In this document: positions 35,300 to 47,183 of the stretch, piece after piece | Layout: each line of letters begins with the position of its first letter | Numbering within the stretch: the first letter of the stretch is position 1 | Origin: the human T2T-CHM13v2.0 reference genome, Homo sapiens | NCBI RefSeq assembly: GCF_009914755.1 | Contig: NC_060926.1 | Direction: 5' to 3' (one strand) | Length of the DNA stretch: 64,000 bases | The notes under the pieces: generated by a model | Seen by the model: the letters and a program-made list of their open reading frames with translations, nothing else | What the model was told of the DNA's origin: nothing | Databases searched by the model: none | Made by a program: the position numbers and the translations under genes

Positions 35300-35530
35300 G
35301 CAGTCAAGCATAGTGATTAAAAGCATCAACTCTGGAGCCAAACTGCCTACATTTGAATCCTGGATGTGTGACCTTGAGCAAATTAATCTATAACTCAGTT
35401 TCCTGATCTGTAAAATGGGGATAATAATAGCACCTATCTCATAAGGTTCTTGTAAAGATGAAAAGAATTTGCATTTGTGTCTGTATAGCACTCAGAATAG
35501 TCTCCAGCACCTAGTAAACGTGATATAAGT
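35300..35530 (+). mobile_element. MIR, embedded in L2 fragments spanning ~34880-36840
   Basis: CTCAGTTTCCTGATCTGTAAAATGGGGATAATAATAG core. Confidence 0.75.
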
Positions 35531-37745
35531 ATGTTAAATTATAAAAATGTCCTTGAAGACAGACACAATGTCTTGCTCATCTTTATGCTCCCTCAATGCC
35601 TAGCACTCTGTAGGCACTGAATAAATGCTTAAATGTTTACTGAACTGACAGCTATTACACTAGTCCAAACAAAAGGATTAGTGCCCAAACTAAGATAACA
35701 GGAATGGAGAAAGGGTGATAGGTATGAGACATGCTTAGGGGGAAAATAAATCAACAGAATGTGCTGCATGATTAGAATGAGATGGGTCATAAAGAAGATA
35801 AAGTTCAGGTTGACAGCTAGGTTTCTCACCAAGATAGGGAATATAAGGGAAGCAAGAAGGAAAAAGCAGAGTTCCTGGCAAATTTTTAATAACAAAATGC
35901 TTCATTCACTGCTTAATGAAATTTAAAAGTGCTTTAAGAGCTTTTAAGAGCACCACACTTTTAAAAAATAATGTGAACTCTGATCAACCATGACAGAAAC
36001 CTGGCACACAACATCAGAAAGAATTTAAGCTCCATGAAGACACGGACTTTTTCTGTTTAGTTTGCTGCTTTATTTCTAGCACCTGCAACAGTGCCTGATA
36101 CATGGTAGGCACTTGTTATGTATTTTATAAATGAATGAAAAAATGATTAAGGTAAATTTGTGCCTTCTATGTCATGCAAATCTAAAGGAATTAAATAAGC
36201 ATCTACTGAATCCTGCACTGCTTCAAATTCCTATAGGGAATACAGAAGAAATATAATACTTTTCTATCTCCCCTTCCCTCATGAATAAATTACTGTTTTA
36301 TAAATTATATTTACATAGTAACTTACTATGTAATGCAGTACAAAACATAGCTAATTTCTGAAGAAAGATCAGCATACGCCATATATATACATATGTGTAA
36401 TATATATATATTACACATACATACATAGTATGTATATTATATATATAATACTATACAGCCCTGAAATATGGGCAGGGTTTAGATTCTGTAACAATACATC
36501 TGATGTAATATGAAAGGTCACACACACAAAAAAACAAGAACAAACTTTGGTAAAGTGGGGATCGACTCTAGAAAAGCCAGATAGAGATGAAGAGCAAATA
36601 TAATGCCAACTTTCTCTGAAGTCTTTCCTTATTTCCCCCATTCCTAAACATAATTAATTGGTTCCCTTCCCAGAACTCTGAACGTTATTGTGTCCCTTCT
36701 GTTAAAGCACTTATTCCACTGAATCATTACTACTGGTATATATACCAATTCCCCTGGCAGACTCTAAGCTACCTGAGAACAGGAATATGTTATTTGTGTA
36801 TCCCACATGCCTGGCATAATGTCAGGCACATAACAAACATATACATGTGGGGGTAAAAGAGGGAATGTATATATTTTTAAACAGTCACTAGATAACTTTG
36901 TAGGTGTCAGGGTACAGGGATAACATGAAATAGATTTAAAGATTTGCCTCAGATTTTACTGTAGTTTTGAGTCTTATGGAAACTAAAACTAGATAAATAA
37001 AACTTCATCTCCAGAATCCAAAAAACTTGATTGAGCCTCAAATTATAAGCTTTTTATCTAAACATTCAGACAGTGTTAAAAATATGTTTTGCAGGTTTAT
37101 TATTAACAATCTTTTGATACAGACAAAAGTTGAAATTATAGAATCTGAAAAATCAGGCAAAACAAAGTCTTAACTAAAATCCATCTTTTTTACTGTGATT
37201 CAAAAAACAAAAGTAAGAATTTATATTGAGGAAGATCAGTGTACTACAGGAACATGAAAAGGTGTCTCAAGGCACACAGGAAAAATAGGTATTCTGAAGC
37301 CAAGAACATTCTACTCACTTGAAGTAAGCCCTTCAAAACTCTGGTATGAAATCTCTGTCCATATTATGTGCTATACTGTACAAAGTATACTGATAACAAC
37401 CCGATAAAAAGGAAAACATTTTAAACTAATGAACCATATGACCTGATCATATGTTATCGTATAGTCTTCCAGCTAGAAAAACAAATCTCAGAAGTAATCC
37501 ATTTGCTTCTATACAACATATTTTAGACAATCTTCAACTAAAACTAAAACCACGCTTTCTCAACATAAAAAGCTTTCAGCTAAAAAATCGTGAGGTGTAC
37601 TTAAAATCTAAAAGGAACATATAACACGACTTTTTGGGTGCTTAATAACCAGCAATATGCCTCTCTCTAAAACAGTCTAAATCAGCTAGAAAAGTAGCAC
37701 TGCATTTGTAGCCAACAGTGATCATAATTAAGCTAAAGAAAGACA

Positions 37746-40700
37746 TGTTTTTCTTGTCATCTTTATTCAAGTATTTCACAGCAGTTATATTACAAATTAC
37801 AGTAAATGTTCAAATTCCAGAATTCAAAAATTAAATAATTTACTTCAACTAATGTCAAATGAAGTCAAATGCAAAACATCAATTTAACACAATTCTAAAT
37901 TAAAACTACAAACCCAAAATAGACCATAGTTGATGAAGTCTACTTAAACTACAAAGTAGACATACATGACTGAAACCAAATTGGACTCCCAAAGTCTAAG
38001 TAACCAGATGTACAGAATACAAAAGATGCAGGTACAAGCCCAAATTCAAGCTTACAATGTGATTACAAATAATAATTATAATAACAATGGCATTCAGCTA
38101 CGGGACCTGACACTGAAGATACCTACTGAATAGCACCATAGCTGAACCAACTTAATCAAAAAAGGGAAGAAATTACCCACTCCCTAAAAATAAAATCCAG
38201 TAAACCTACAAATACATTGGCTTATGAGAAAAATCAAGTCATGAAACAACATTAAAAAAAAAAAATCACAGGTGAGATTCAAGCTCGAAAACACAATTAA
38301 CTCCACAGCCATCAGTTTCAACCCTAGTGCGGTTCCATCATCTTCAAAAAGCCCCCAGGGTCCCCACAGCTGAGCATGAATTATTGCTGAGCTATGCTGT
38401 GATACATATTTTACTCATCTGAGAGCAAGGTTTTACATAGGAGCTTATCTTTATAATGCTCACAATAGGAAATAAGAACAGAGGTCAATTTGTACATATT
38501 TTTGCCAATGCTATACAGCAAAAATGAAAAACTTACAGAAAGGTAAACAAAATTGAGTCCACTTTTTTAATTTCACAAGCTGCTTTAAACTATAGAACCA
38601 CCAGATATCTGTAAAATAAGCAAAACTGGTAAGTGTGTTTTTTTAATTGAGGGAAGGAGGGCCAGAGGAGTTGGTACAATTTCAGCTCATTGTTCTCCCC
38701 TTGGCATTAGATTGACTTTCTCTTTAAGACCTAAACTGTTCAAAGTGGCAGTTCCTATACTGAGGTTGCCTCCAATTTCTCCATCTACATTACGGTTAAA
38801 AAAACAAACAAACAAAAGCAACTTGATCTTTTGGAAGCATTTTAATGCTGAAAATAAATACATTTCCCTTTTCAAACTCACTGATGGCTAAAATCTTAAT
38901 TAATTGTACAAATTTAGTAACCTACTAAGAAACATGTGCATTTTTTTTTCCTTTCACAAGTGCTGCTGTTACTTGAAAAGAATGCTTCTGAATTAGAATA
39001 ACTGGAATAAATATTTAAAAAAAAATAGTGCAGCAAGAACCTGAGACTTGCAAAAAACCCTTTTACCAGAAACTTGCTACAAAAAATCTGCTACATCTTA
39101 TTTCATCAAATCTTTAAATTCTGTAACAATTTCCATCAAAATACAAAATGCTAATGTATTAGACAATAAAATAGTTTGAATCGGTATGATGGTAATAAAT
39201 ACTAAAGAAAGCATGAAAATCCTCCCAATAATCAAATTAGAGGTTTCAAATAACCTCCCCTTTAAAATGGTTCATCGTTAATCGCACTTGCCCACCTTAA
39301 AAATACAGTGTGTCTACATGGGTAGCATCTTGACTTGTATGACTAACTGGATATTACAGAAACTTCACAGACTAGGTACAAAGAAAACACGTGGCATTTA
39401 AAAAAAAATTAAGCTAGAATTAGAAGGCGTTAGATGTAAATGTAAATGCAAAGAAGCACTTTGGATTACTGCAGTAGGCTATGGCCAAAGTATGCTTTCT
39501 GCACACTACAAAGAGCCAAAGACAAGGAGACAAGTACCTTAGCTTCAGGATGTAAACGGTGGCAAAGTGATTACAAGACTCTGTAAACACTGTTGGTAAC
39601 TAAAATACAAAAAGCTGAGGTAGCTCAGAATCTCTGCAGTAGTCCAAGACCATTCGCCCTAATTAAAACCCAAACTACATGTGTTGCATATATTGGAAAG
39701 ACACACCTGCAGCTAACGGCTACAATGAATGAAGATACCAAGCCAACTTGCTGGCAAAATTTTCTTTTTGTTTAAAAATCATCTGATAAAAAAAGTCACT
39801 GCATCCTTTGCCTCATTGCAACTGCCTAGACTGTGTCTCCAAATTTGTAGAAAGTTTTTGTAAAACTAGTAACCCATAATTAATTTCAGATACATACAAT
39901 TCACAGAAATCACTCAACAAGATTCAAAATGGTTTCCAATCAAAAAGAAGAGTTGTGAAGGTAAGCTTAGGAGATGGGATTTAAACATTAATACTGTTAT
40001 TCAAGGACCATACCAGAGCTCGTTTGCAATTAAGCATACAGAAAATGAATTTTATGGAGCTTCTGATGAATTCCTCTCTTTTCTGTCCATTTGGCAAGTC
40101 CTGGCTTTAAAACAAAACAACAATTTACTACATATGAAAACCATTTTTCTCTGGGAACTCAAACATGAATAACTATTAAATTGCCACTGACAGAAGAAAA
40201 AATGGCCACTATCTATTTATTTTCTAGTCATCATTGTTGGCAATACCAAAACGTGTGCAGTTTTGTTTTTTGTTTTTTTGTGTGTGGACTGTGTATTATT
40301 CTTTGTTGTTATTCATGTTTCTTAAACCAAAACAGACCTTACAAGAAAACTTACCATTTTAGTATATTATGTGGCTTACTGGGTGTCTTGATTGAGCTTT
40401 GAGAATAAGACAGGCATTTCATACCCAAACACTGGTTGTCTCTTAATGACATAGAGTATCAAAACTTATTTTCAAGGTTGTGACCAAAGAAATATTTCTA
40501 ATTTATTTGCTTCAAACAGCCCATCCTTTTAGCCTTATCTTCCTCAAATGAATAAAAAGGCACGTTAAAGGCAGTTCTAAAGAGCCTGACCTAATTTCAT
40601 CCAGTTTCTTCAGCTTCCCACCAGAACAGACCATAGCCAACTCTAAAACAGGTTTCAGTCCATTACCCAGATGGGGGAAAAATATGATTAAAGGGGTAAA

Positions 40701-41127
40701 ATGGAGGAAAAAAAAATAACAAGTTGCCCACTGTTTAAACAATTCAACACAGTTAGAACTGCCCCCATCCAGTTTCCTCCTGTTTGCTGGTCTGCTCCCT
40801 AAGAGAGGAGTCTCCAAAAGAGAGTGCACAAAAAGAGGAGCAGAAGCGAGAGCAGTTTCTGTAGCACCAAAATCTCCAAGCTGTGGGGTTGTATTTTTTA
40901 TTTGTGGAAAATACAACATGTTTCTGAAGTTCTGTTTGGTTCTTGTAGGCTGGTTGGTTTCAGGTACCTGAGACAATAGCACCAAATTCAACAGAGAGAA
41001 AGAATGAGTGAGAGAGCACTTTACACCAAGGCTCTGCACATAATTGGTGCAATTTGAAATTGAATGGCTCAGAAGACTGCTCTGTGAGGAGCAGATTGGA
41101 GAGGATAAACCACTCATCTTGAAAAGT
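37746..41127 (-). other. ATAD2B: ATAD2B 3' UTR (~3.4 kb, AU-rich, no recognisable interspersed repeats)
   Basis: Runs from the stop codon to AATAAA at 37767-37762, which is followed by U/GU-rich GTCTTTCTTTAGCTT. The cleavage site is approximate. Confidence 0.75.
37762..37767 (-). terminator. Polyadenylation signal AATAAA, probably the major ATAD2B site
   Basis: tttatt on the + strand with a U-rich downstream element about 20-35 nt further along the minus strand. Confidence 0.7.
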
Positions 41128-41169
41128 TCATAGGAATGTCTCAAACATATGAACTGTTCTTTCCATCTC
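41128..41169 (-). CDS. ATAD2B: ATAD2B last coding segment EMERTVHMFETFL*, TGA at 41130-41128
   Basis: Acceptor ...TTTTTTCCTTTTATAG (ct at 41170-41171). In frame with the previous exon. Confidence 0.95.
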   Translation of the reverse strand, partial: EMERTVHMFETFL

Positions 41170-41639
41170 CTATAAAAGGAAAAAAAATGCATGTTATCTA
41201 TTAAGGGAAAGACAAAAGTGTTCCTCATTACGGAAGAATTCACTTTAAATTTTTAGGGAATGAATTTGAGATACAGGTTAAACTTTGAATATTTTCCTGA
41301 TTATAATACCATAGGTAATTAAGACTATCTCCCCTAGATACTTCCAAGTACCTCCTATTTTATATTTAGGCCAATAAGGATGATGATGATGGTCACACTC
41401 AACAAATAACTAACTTATTATGCCAGTAATATCAGTATGAGGTATGATATGAGTAATATGAATATAAGGATGATGATAGCAACACTTAATGAGTAAGTTA
41501 TTATGCCAGATATTTACTAAGAGATTTCTATATATAAAATACATAAATATAAGTAAATATTTATATTTATATGTATGCATATATATATAATTTATATATA
41601 TAGTTTTAACTCCCATAACATTGAAGATTGAACAAACGT

Positions 41640-41760
41640 ATTACTATCAGGTCCATTTTACAGATAAAGAAACTGAGGCACAGAGGGGATAAATAATTTG
41701 ACAGCTAACAGGTGGCAGTCAGGATTTGAATACAGGCAGCCTCACTCCAGAGACTGAGCC
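41640..41760 (-). mobile_element. MIR
   Basis: CCATTTTACAGATAAAGAAACTGAGGCACAGAG core. Confidence 0.75.
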
Positions 41761-43260
41761 CTTCCTTCCTCATTATATTTCACTAACTCCCAAAGCAAAA
41801 TGAATGCATTCAGTATAGTGAAACTTATGCCAAAAAGCAGAATGCATTGTGTTCCCACTTCTATTCACTCCAACCAGAGCTGAAAAGACAGGGTTAAAAA
41901 AGAGCCAGAATGAGTGGCTTCCATCACTACCACCATGAAAGCCACTCACTGCTGATTCTGTTATCAATCCCTTCCCTCCCTAAACTAGGCCTCTAGATTA
42001 TTAGGATTCCACACTGAGATGTTTCACTGGTGAGGAGTATTTAATGCATTCAAGCTAATAAAACTGCAACCATATGAACAAAGAAGTTCTAGAATTAAAA
42101 AAAATGTGAATAACTCTACCCCGCACATTTTATTCAGGTGGGCAAATGTCAAATACATCTAAGACACTTGCATTTTTTCCTTCCCTTTAAACAGCTCCAA
42201 AGAAATTCTATTCTACATCTCTGCAAAACTAACAGGCTGTATTAACAGATCATCATCCGATCAACAAGTTCTTCCATGTGGCCAACAAAAATCACTCCTG
42301 CTAAATGTTTTATCATATATTGCCAAATAAGAAAAGAAAATTACACATGAAAAATAACTATATCCTTTACATATAAATCTTTAATATACTAAAAATATTC
42401 TTTGAGAGCAGAGACTTTGTCTTACTCATTTTTTGCATTCCAAACACCCAGCACAGCATCTGGCACTGCAGGTACTCAATAAACATTTAATAGATAGACC
42501 ACCAGATAAACAAACTAACAGGCAAATCAACAAAGGGAGTTGAATTAAGTCATTTAGCCATTTTGTGGGTAGATGAGTGATTACATTTGCTCAGATGACC
42601 TGAAAAGGCAGAAGTGTGGTTTAATGATGGAAATTATATAAACAAAGATAGAAGCTCATATTTATACAGGAAGAATTTCCCTTGGTTTAGAGTTGTCTAG
42701 AAAGGGAATGTCTCATCTCTAAAAGTATCTCAGCAAAAGGACAGTCGCTCCTTCATATGGCTAATTTATAGGACTAGATTTGACCAAAATAAGATGACTT
42801 TTGAGTTATCTTCCAACCATTAATGGCAAATAGGTCTCACTACCCATGCCAACGCCTTTATATCAGCAGTGGCTACCTAGGAAGCAGTGATAAGGAGTGT
42901 GGGGCCATGACCACATCCGACAAGCCCAAGTGACAGGCTCAATTGGCACGTCAGTTATAAGCAAGTAGGGAGAGAATTGTGACATACTATTTCTGTATAT
43001 TTACCACCCTAGAACCATGGATTTCTGTGTTTTGACAAAAAAAAGGAACCCCAGATTACTTCTTTCCAGAGACAAAATGGTACAGAAAGGCTTTATTCTT
43101 CAAACTGTAACTCTTAATGATTTTTGTCTTAAATCTTCAAAACATTCTTCAGCTACTTGGTAAAAGACATAGATGTAGGCAAAATAACTTTTTTTCCTCT
43201 TTTCTTTGGAACAAGTAAAATCAAGTATTTGTTTATTCTACAGATAAACTAAACACTTAC

Positions 43261-43389
43261 CTCTACAAGTTGTGATTTGTCATAATCTTTACGATGACGG
43301 TAGATACACTGACTAAGAAGAGAATATAATCTCTCAAGCTGATCAACTGCCAGATTGTTGCTTTTATCCACCAACAAATCAAGCAATTT
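43261..43389 (-). CDS. ATAD2B: ATAD2B penultimate exon, 129 nt, phase 0-0: KLLDLLVDKSNNLAVDQLERLYSLLSQCIYRHRKDYDKSQLVE (ATAD2-family C-terminal domain)
   Basis: Acceptor ...TTTTTTCTTAG and donor GAG|GTAAGT. 43 open codons. Confidence 0.95.
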
Positions 43390-43728
43390 CTAAGAAAAAA
43401 CAGAAAAGAATAAAATGTAATTTGATTTCACTGGTCAAACTGAAATTGTATATTCAAATGGCTAGTCAATAAACACCATAAAGCGAGGATGTAACAGTGA
43501 ACATGAAATTAAAAGATTTGAGGGCTTAAAATCATTCCCTTAGAATATCTTGGACTACTCCCGTATCTTTCAACTCCTTAAAATACACATAACTCTTTTT
43601 TACTAGGAGCTCTGAGGCATTTATATTTCAGGGTTAAAGCAGGAAAACTACTTTTACTCAACTGCCTACAAACACATTCAAATCTCCGTCCATTCATTTA
43701 AAACTTGACTGGGAATAGCTAAGCTTAC

Positions 43729-43856
43729 CTTCAATCTCTCACGATCAACTATAAGAGGAGGCACAGGCTCAGATGGCTCTTCTGGAACCAGTTCCAGGCT
43801 TGTCGTTTTTGCCTGCTCTAAAATTAATTTACGGTATTTCTTTACTTTAGAAGCAC
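43729..43856 (-). CDS. ATAD2B: ATAD2B coding exon, 128 nt, phase 1-0: (G)ASKVKKYRKLILEQAKTTSLELVPEEPSEPVPPLIVDRERLK
   Basis: Lies within ORF 43678..43881(-). Acceptor ...CTCAATTATAG and donor AAG|GTAAGC. Confidence 0.95.
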
Positions 43857-46499
43857 CTATAATTGAGACAAAAAAATACACTGCAGCAAGTAAAAGTTAA
43901 GAAAAACCAGTCTTAAGCAGTTATAAATTCTTTTACCTACCACACAAATCCCTTTTGGAATGAGGAAGGGTGTATTCTTAAGTGATTTTTTTTAAAGCAA
44001 CCCAATGTGGTAGATTTTTTATTGGTAAGACTAAGTAACCCAAATTAAAGAAAACTAAACTACAACTTAAAAAGCCAAGTCATACTAAAGTATCACCTAA
44101 TAAGCATATCCACTAAAAGGAAGATAAAAGCAATCTTCACCTCTAAGCACTGACTTAACAAACAGCCTTCACTCTATGACAGCTACCATTTTACAACTGG
44201 GAGCTTTCAGAACCACAAGAAGGGAAGCAACCTAGAAAAGCAGATACTAACAAAAGTGGGGCCCACCTGTCTACACATTTGCCTCCCAACCTAAAACATT
44301 CCCTTCAGCATTGCCTGAAATTTCTTGTCTGTTACACTGCCTAAAATTCTATTAGAAATTGATTCAGAGTTTAACATTTTTTTCTTAAAAATATAAACCC
44401 ATTAAAAGTGTAATAGGGCTGGTGTTCTTTCCTACCTTAGAGTAAATTAGTGTAATCTAATTACTTTCCTCCTCACATTTTGCTGAAACCAGCCACACTA
44501 AACAAACAGAAATTTTAAGGTGGCTAAGCATAATTTCACGAACCCAGGCATTCTGAGGGGTACAAAGGGTGGGTAGACCATGGAGCCCTGTGCTCCCCTA
44601 AGTAGGACTACTCTTAAGAGGAGGATGAGTGAGGGGAAGGAACACAAAGACAAACTTGGACTGTTTCAGAATTTCATACAGGATGTGGCCCATGTCAGGG
44701 ACACTAAGGAGAACATATTTATTAAGTGTCTCAATGCAGGGACCCGCCTCCATCCTACATTAGTCCTCTTATTTCTTACTCCCAAGTCTTTAAACTCATC
44801 CTCCTTCTCAATGCCTGCTTTATAAAACAAACAGCAAACGAACCAAAGTATTGCCTTCAAAAACATGTATCATGATATATCAGAGAAATTTTATATTTCA
44901 GGCTGCTTTTAATGTGAAAGACTTCATAGTTCAATTACCATATGCTAGGAGTTTTGTTAAAATCATATTGATCCTCATTACTACATCCATGGACTTCTAG
45001 AGGCCTGAAAACTCAGATTAGGATACTGTCCTGATAATTCCAAATGAAAGCTTCAGGTCAAACTTTTACACAACAATTATCTTTATAGTGTTTAGATCAC
45101 CAACTGAACACAATATTAATTTAAGCCTTTTTCAGCACGCTTATGGAAATCTCATAGAAATCAGCATTAAAATAGACTCCTCTATCCCCACCCATTCGGC
45201 CTCATACCAGATTCCTTCTCCACTTTTCCCATGCTGTTATATTCATTACTTAACCCTAGCTTTAACATATTTTTAAAGTTCTGTCTATCTGATAGCCCAG
45301 AATGAATACTGCTCTGAAAACTATTTTAGTATTAAATATTGAAGAATAAGACAAATGTTTAACAGGTAGCATTTAAGAACAGTAAATTTCTCTTTATCCA
45401 TTAAAGGAATTCTTAGACTTTGAATAATATTTTCCTGCTTCCTAACTCTGCTAAAGGACTTAAAATACTGGCAGAAAAAAAAAAAATTTTCCCACATAGC
45501 CCAAATCCCAGGCTGAAGCTGTGTTCTCCACTCCACACAATTTAGAGAAAATAATATAATTTTAGGATAGCCTCCTATAAGAGTACCTATCCAGGAAGGA
45601 AATGTATATTGAGCAGGGTAGATATCAACTCATCCCAGACCCTGCTATGGGCTAAAGAATAATGATAAAGACAGGCTAGAAACCCTTAACTCCCTCTTTC
45701 TGCTGCTTCTTAAATGAATCATGTAGCCATAAGAAGTCAGAAGCTGGGAGAGTACTCTGATTCCCTGAGAACAAGGTAAACTTGACAATGATTGCTCTGC
45801 TTCTTTCCCCCACTATTGGACTTATAAAGCAATGAAGGCTTTTAGACTGAACAGCCCTTGGATTCAATTAACAATGACTTCCTGGAATGAATATACCTTA
45901 GTATGTGCCAGTTACCACGAGAGGCAATTAAAATACACGACTTATTTAATCCTTGCAACACCATTCTGAAGTTGAATTTCCTAGATGAATAAATAGGCTT
46001 GGAGAGTGTAAATAATGAGCTGAAAGTCACATGATTATAATGAACAAGAGTGGTAATTTAATCTAGGTCTATATTACTCTTCCGAATATATCATACTGCT
46101 ATTATCACTAAGTCTTCTCTGCCCACACCCAGCCCATGCCAATAATTCTTCTTGGAATTCCATCTTCTTAACACCTGTGGATTTACTCAGCTTTCAGTCA
46201 TAAATCCCTGAGGCTAGGGGTGATAATCAGGCAGGAGGCAGAAGAGTAAGCGGCCAGTAAAGCAATGCACTCGAAACGATACACCCTCTGAAACTTAAAG
46301 CAAAATTTGGTGCATGCCTCTGTGTGTGTGTGTACGTGCACACATGTGTGCTTTTCTAGAGAATAGGATGAAAACTTTAACATATTCTCAGAGGGGTATA
46401 ATTATTCATCAACTATTACTACTGGGAACCAGATAAAATACACAACGAATTAACTCTGGAGTTTAAACCTTCAGAAGATTTTTCAAATATTAGCTCTAC

Positions 46500-47183
46500 C
46501 TTCTTTATCCAGTTCTGCATCTTTAACCTCCACATCAGAGCCAGGTTCTAACTTCTCATTATTGCTACATTCCAGTGCCTCTAGTTTCTCAAGATCATCT
46601 CCATGATTTTCAGTCGAAGTTTCTGGTTTTTCTTTTGACTGGTCCTCCAGAAGAATCTTTTGTTCAGAACTACATTTATCTCCACTATCACAGAAAGAAA
46701 CTACTTCAAGCTTGCCATTCTGACATTCCAGAACTGGTATTCCTTCAAAACTGTCAGTGGAAGCCTCACCATTTAGACAATTTCCTTTAAGGAAAGTCTC
46801 TTTCCTGGAGGTCTGCTCCGGGTTTAAGGAACTGCTGCTGTTGACCAGTAGAGATTCATTTGAACTTTCCTCCTCAGTAGATGCAAAGTTCTCTTTTGTG
46901 CCTGCTCCATTGTTAAGCCTCTGCCCCTGGTCCAAGTCCATGATGTCACAGGATGATTCATCATTGGTCATAGATAAGTCTCCAGTCTCTTCTCCATTTT
47001 CCTCATGGCAGTCAGTGCTTACCTCAAACTCTCCATTCTCTAATAATTTCCTGTCCTCCGTATGGTTCTCATAGTCTGCAAATTTGGTGTCTTCTTCATC
47101 TTTTTTTAAATTATTAACTTTCCTTTTCTTAATAATTCCTTTACCCCACTGTGATCTCCGCCTTGATTTTCTCCGAACCCGAA
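46500..47183 (-). CDS. ATAD2B: ATAD2B large coding exon, 684 nt, phase 1-1. Basic NLS-like segment RVRRKSRRRSQWGKGIIKKRK, then an acidic, likely disordered linker ending ...AELDKE(G)
   Basis: Lies within ORF 46483..47235(-). Acceptor ...GTAAAACAG (ct at 47184-47185) and donor G|GTAGAG (46499). Confidence 0.95.

Noticed and set aside
40960-41130. Programmed stop-codon readthrough of ATAD2B
   Set aside because: The stop context is TGA-A, not the TGA-CTAG readthrough motif, and nothing else supports it.
41375-41610. ATGATGA motifs suggesting a C/D-box snoRNA
   Set aside because: No matching CTGA box with a terminal stem; the region is AT-rich low-complexity sequence next to a MIR.
46575-47074. 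+ strand ORFs opposite the large ATAD2B exon
   Set aside because: Antisense shadows of a real coding exon.
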